Origin: Eubacteriales bacterium | GTDB lineage: Bacteria > Bacillota > Clostridia > Oscillospirales > RGIG5299 | Assembly (NCBI GenBank): GCA_045542315.1 | Contig: JAZQKU010000043.1 | Coordinates: forward strand, 3,041 to 67,040 | Direction of reading: 5' to 3' | DNA: 64,000 nucleotides | Shown: piece by piece, positions 63,739 through 64,000 of the stretch | How the letters are laid out: each line of letters starts with the position of its first letter | Position numbering within the stretch: the stretch's first letter is position 1 | Position numbers and translations under genes: made by a program | Notes under the pieces: model-generated | Told to the model about the DNA's origin: nothing | Databases searched by the model: none | Seen by the model: only the letters and a program-made list of their open reading frames with translations

Positions 63739-64000
63739 TCACTGTTTTGAAGCCCAAGCCTCGTAAGTGACTATCGGCTCTCTCTTGTGATTGCTTCTTT
63801 TGTGGTAGCGCTCGATGACTTCAAGATCCTTTTCGTCGCAGCTTCCTTTTAAGAGAAGAGAGTCGATCGCGGCGTAGGTAACGCCCATCTCCTGCTCGTC
63901 GGTCTGACCCTCGAAAAGACCTGCAGAGGGAGCCTTTTTGATGATCGACTCGGGCGCTCCGAGATATTCCAGAAATTCATAGACCTCACACACCGCAAGA
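63739..64000 (-). CDS. nadE: NAD+ synthetase, C-terminal part (runs off the window)
   Basis: KAPSAGLFEGQTDEQEMGVTYAAID is the NadE C-terminal motif. The ORF is open to the window edge. Confidence 0.75.
   Translation of the reverse strand, partial: LAVCEVYEFLEYLGAPESIIKKAPSAGLFEGQTDEQEMGVTYAAIDSLLLKGSCDEKDLEVIERYHKRSNHKREPIVTYEAWASKQ

Noticed and set aside
1-64000. Scan for tRNA, rRNA, tmRNA, CRISPR, transposase/IS ends, toxin-antitoxin pairs and classical defence genes (RM, Cas, Abi, retron RT)
   Set aside because: None was recognised by eye apart from the cotJC element. A tRNAscan, Infernal or DefenseFinder run would be needed to exclude small or degenerate instances.

Overview
This is a 64-kb chromosomal window from a spore-forming Clostridia. 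Gene content (dockerin protein, cotJ operon, iorAB, GTP-PEPCK) suggests an Oscillospiraceae/Ruminococcaceae-like organism, but that is inference only. Most of the window is housekeeping: rsmI, a ferredoxin, pckG, mrp, ftsK, uppP, ymdB, rodA/ftsW, rmuC, iorAB, a glmS ribozyme with glmS, and a glyQS-trmL-pgk-tpiA-gpmI block. I saw no rRNA, tRNA or CRISPR array.

The main finding is in the cotJA-cotJB-cotJC spore-coat operon. cotJC, a Mn-catalase-family gene, is split at 25,050/30,596 by a 5.5-kb AT-rich intervening element.
- The element encodes a large serine recombinase and a small upstream ORF.
- It carries a PNP/UDP-family nucleoside phosphorylase as cargo.
- It also has a second (tyrosine) recombinase, an iteron-like AT-rich repeat array and a possible SSB-like protein.
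- Joining the two flanks restores the frame and the conserved GTEExxHxEM metal-ligand motif.
- Imperfect 16-bp inverted arms sit symmetrically around a shared GGTA core.
- This resembles a skin/SPbeta-type element that is excised during sporulation, but here it also carries a replicon-like module.

The second notable region is a 13.4-kb operon at 36.4-49.8 kb. It has one 1000-aa solute-binding protein with duplicated CBM-like modules and two permease pairs, but no ATPase. Between the permease pairs sit an NHL-TPR-Yip1 membrane protein and a 1022-aa PDZ/DUF5696-like secreted protein. An amidohydrolase closes the operon.

Smaller observations:
- A ferredoxin gene is missing from the ORF track.
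- A compound hairpin-repeat array lies at 22.6 kb.
- A 19-bp palindrome, TTTGTGCA-N3-TGCACAAA, occurs at two loci.
- There are candidate operator repeats for an XRE regulator and a GntR regulator.
- Several long antisense shadow ORFs were rejected.
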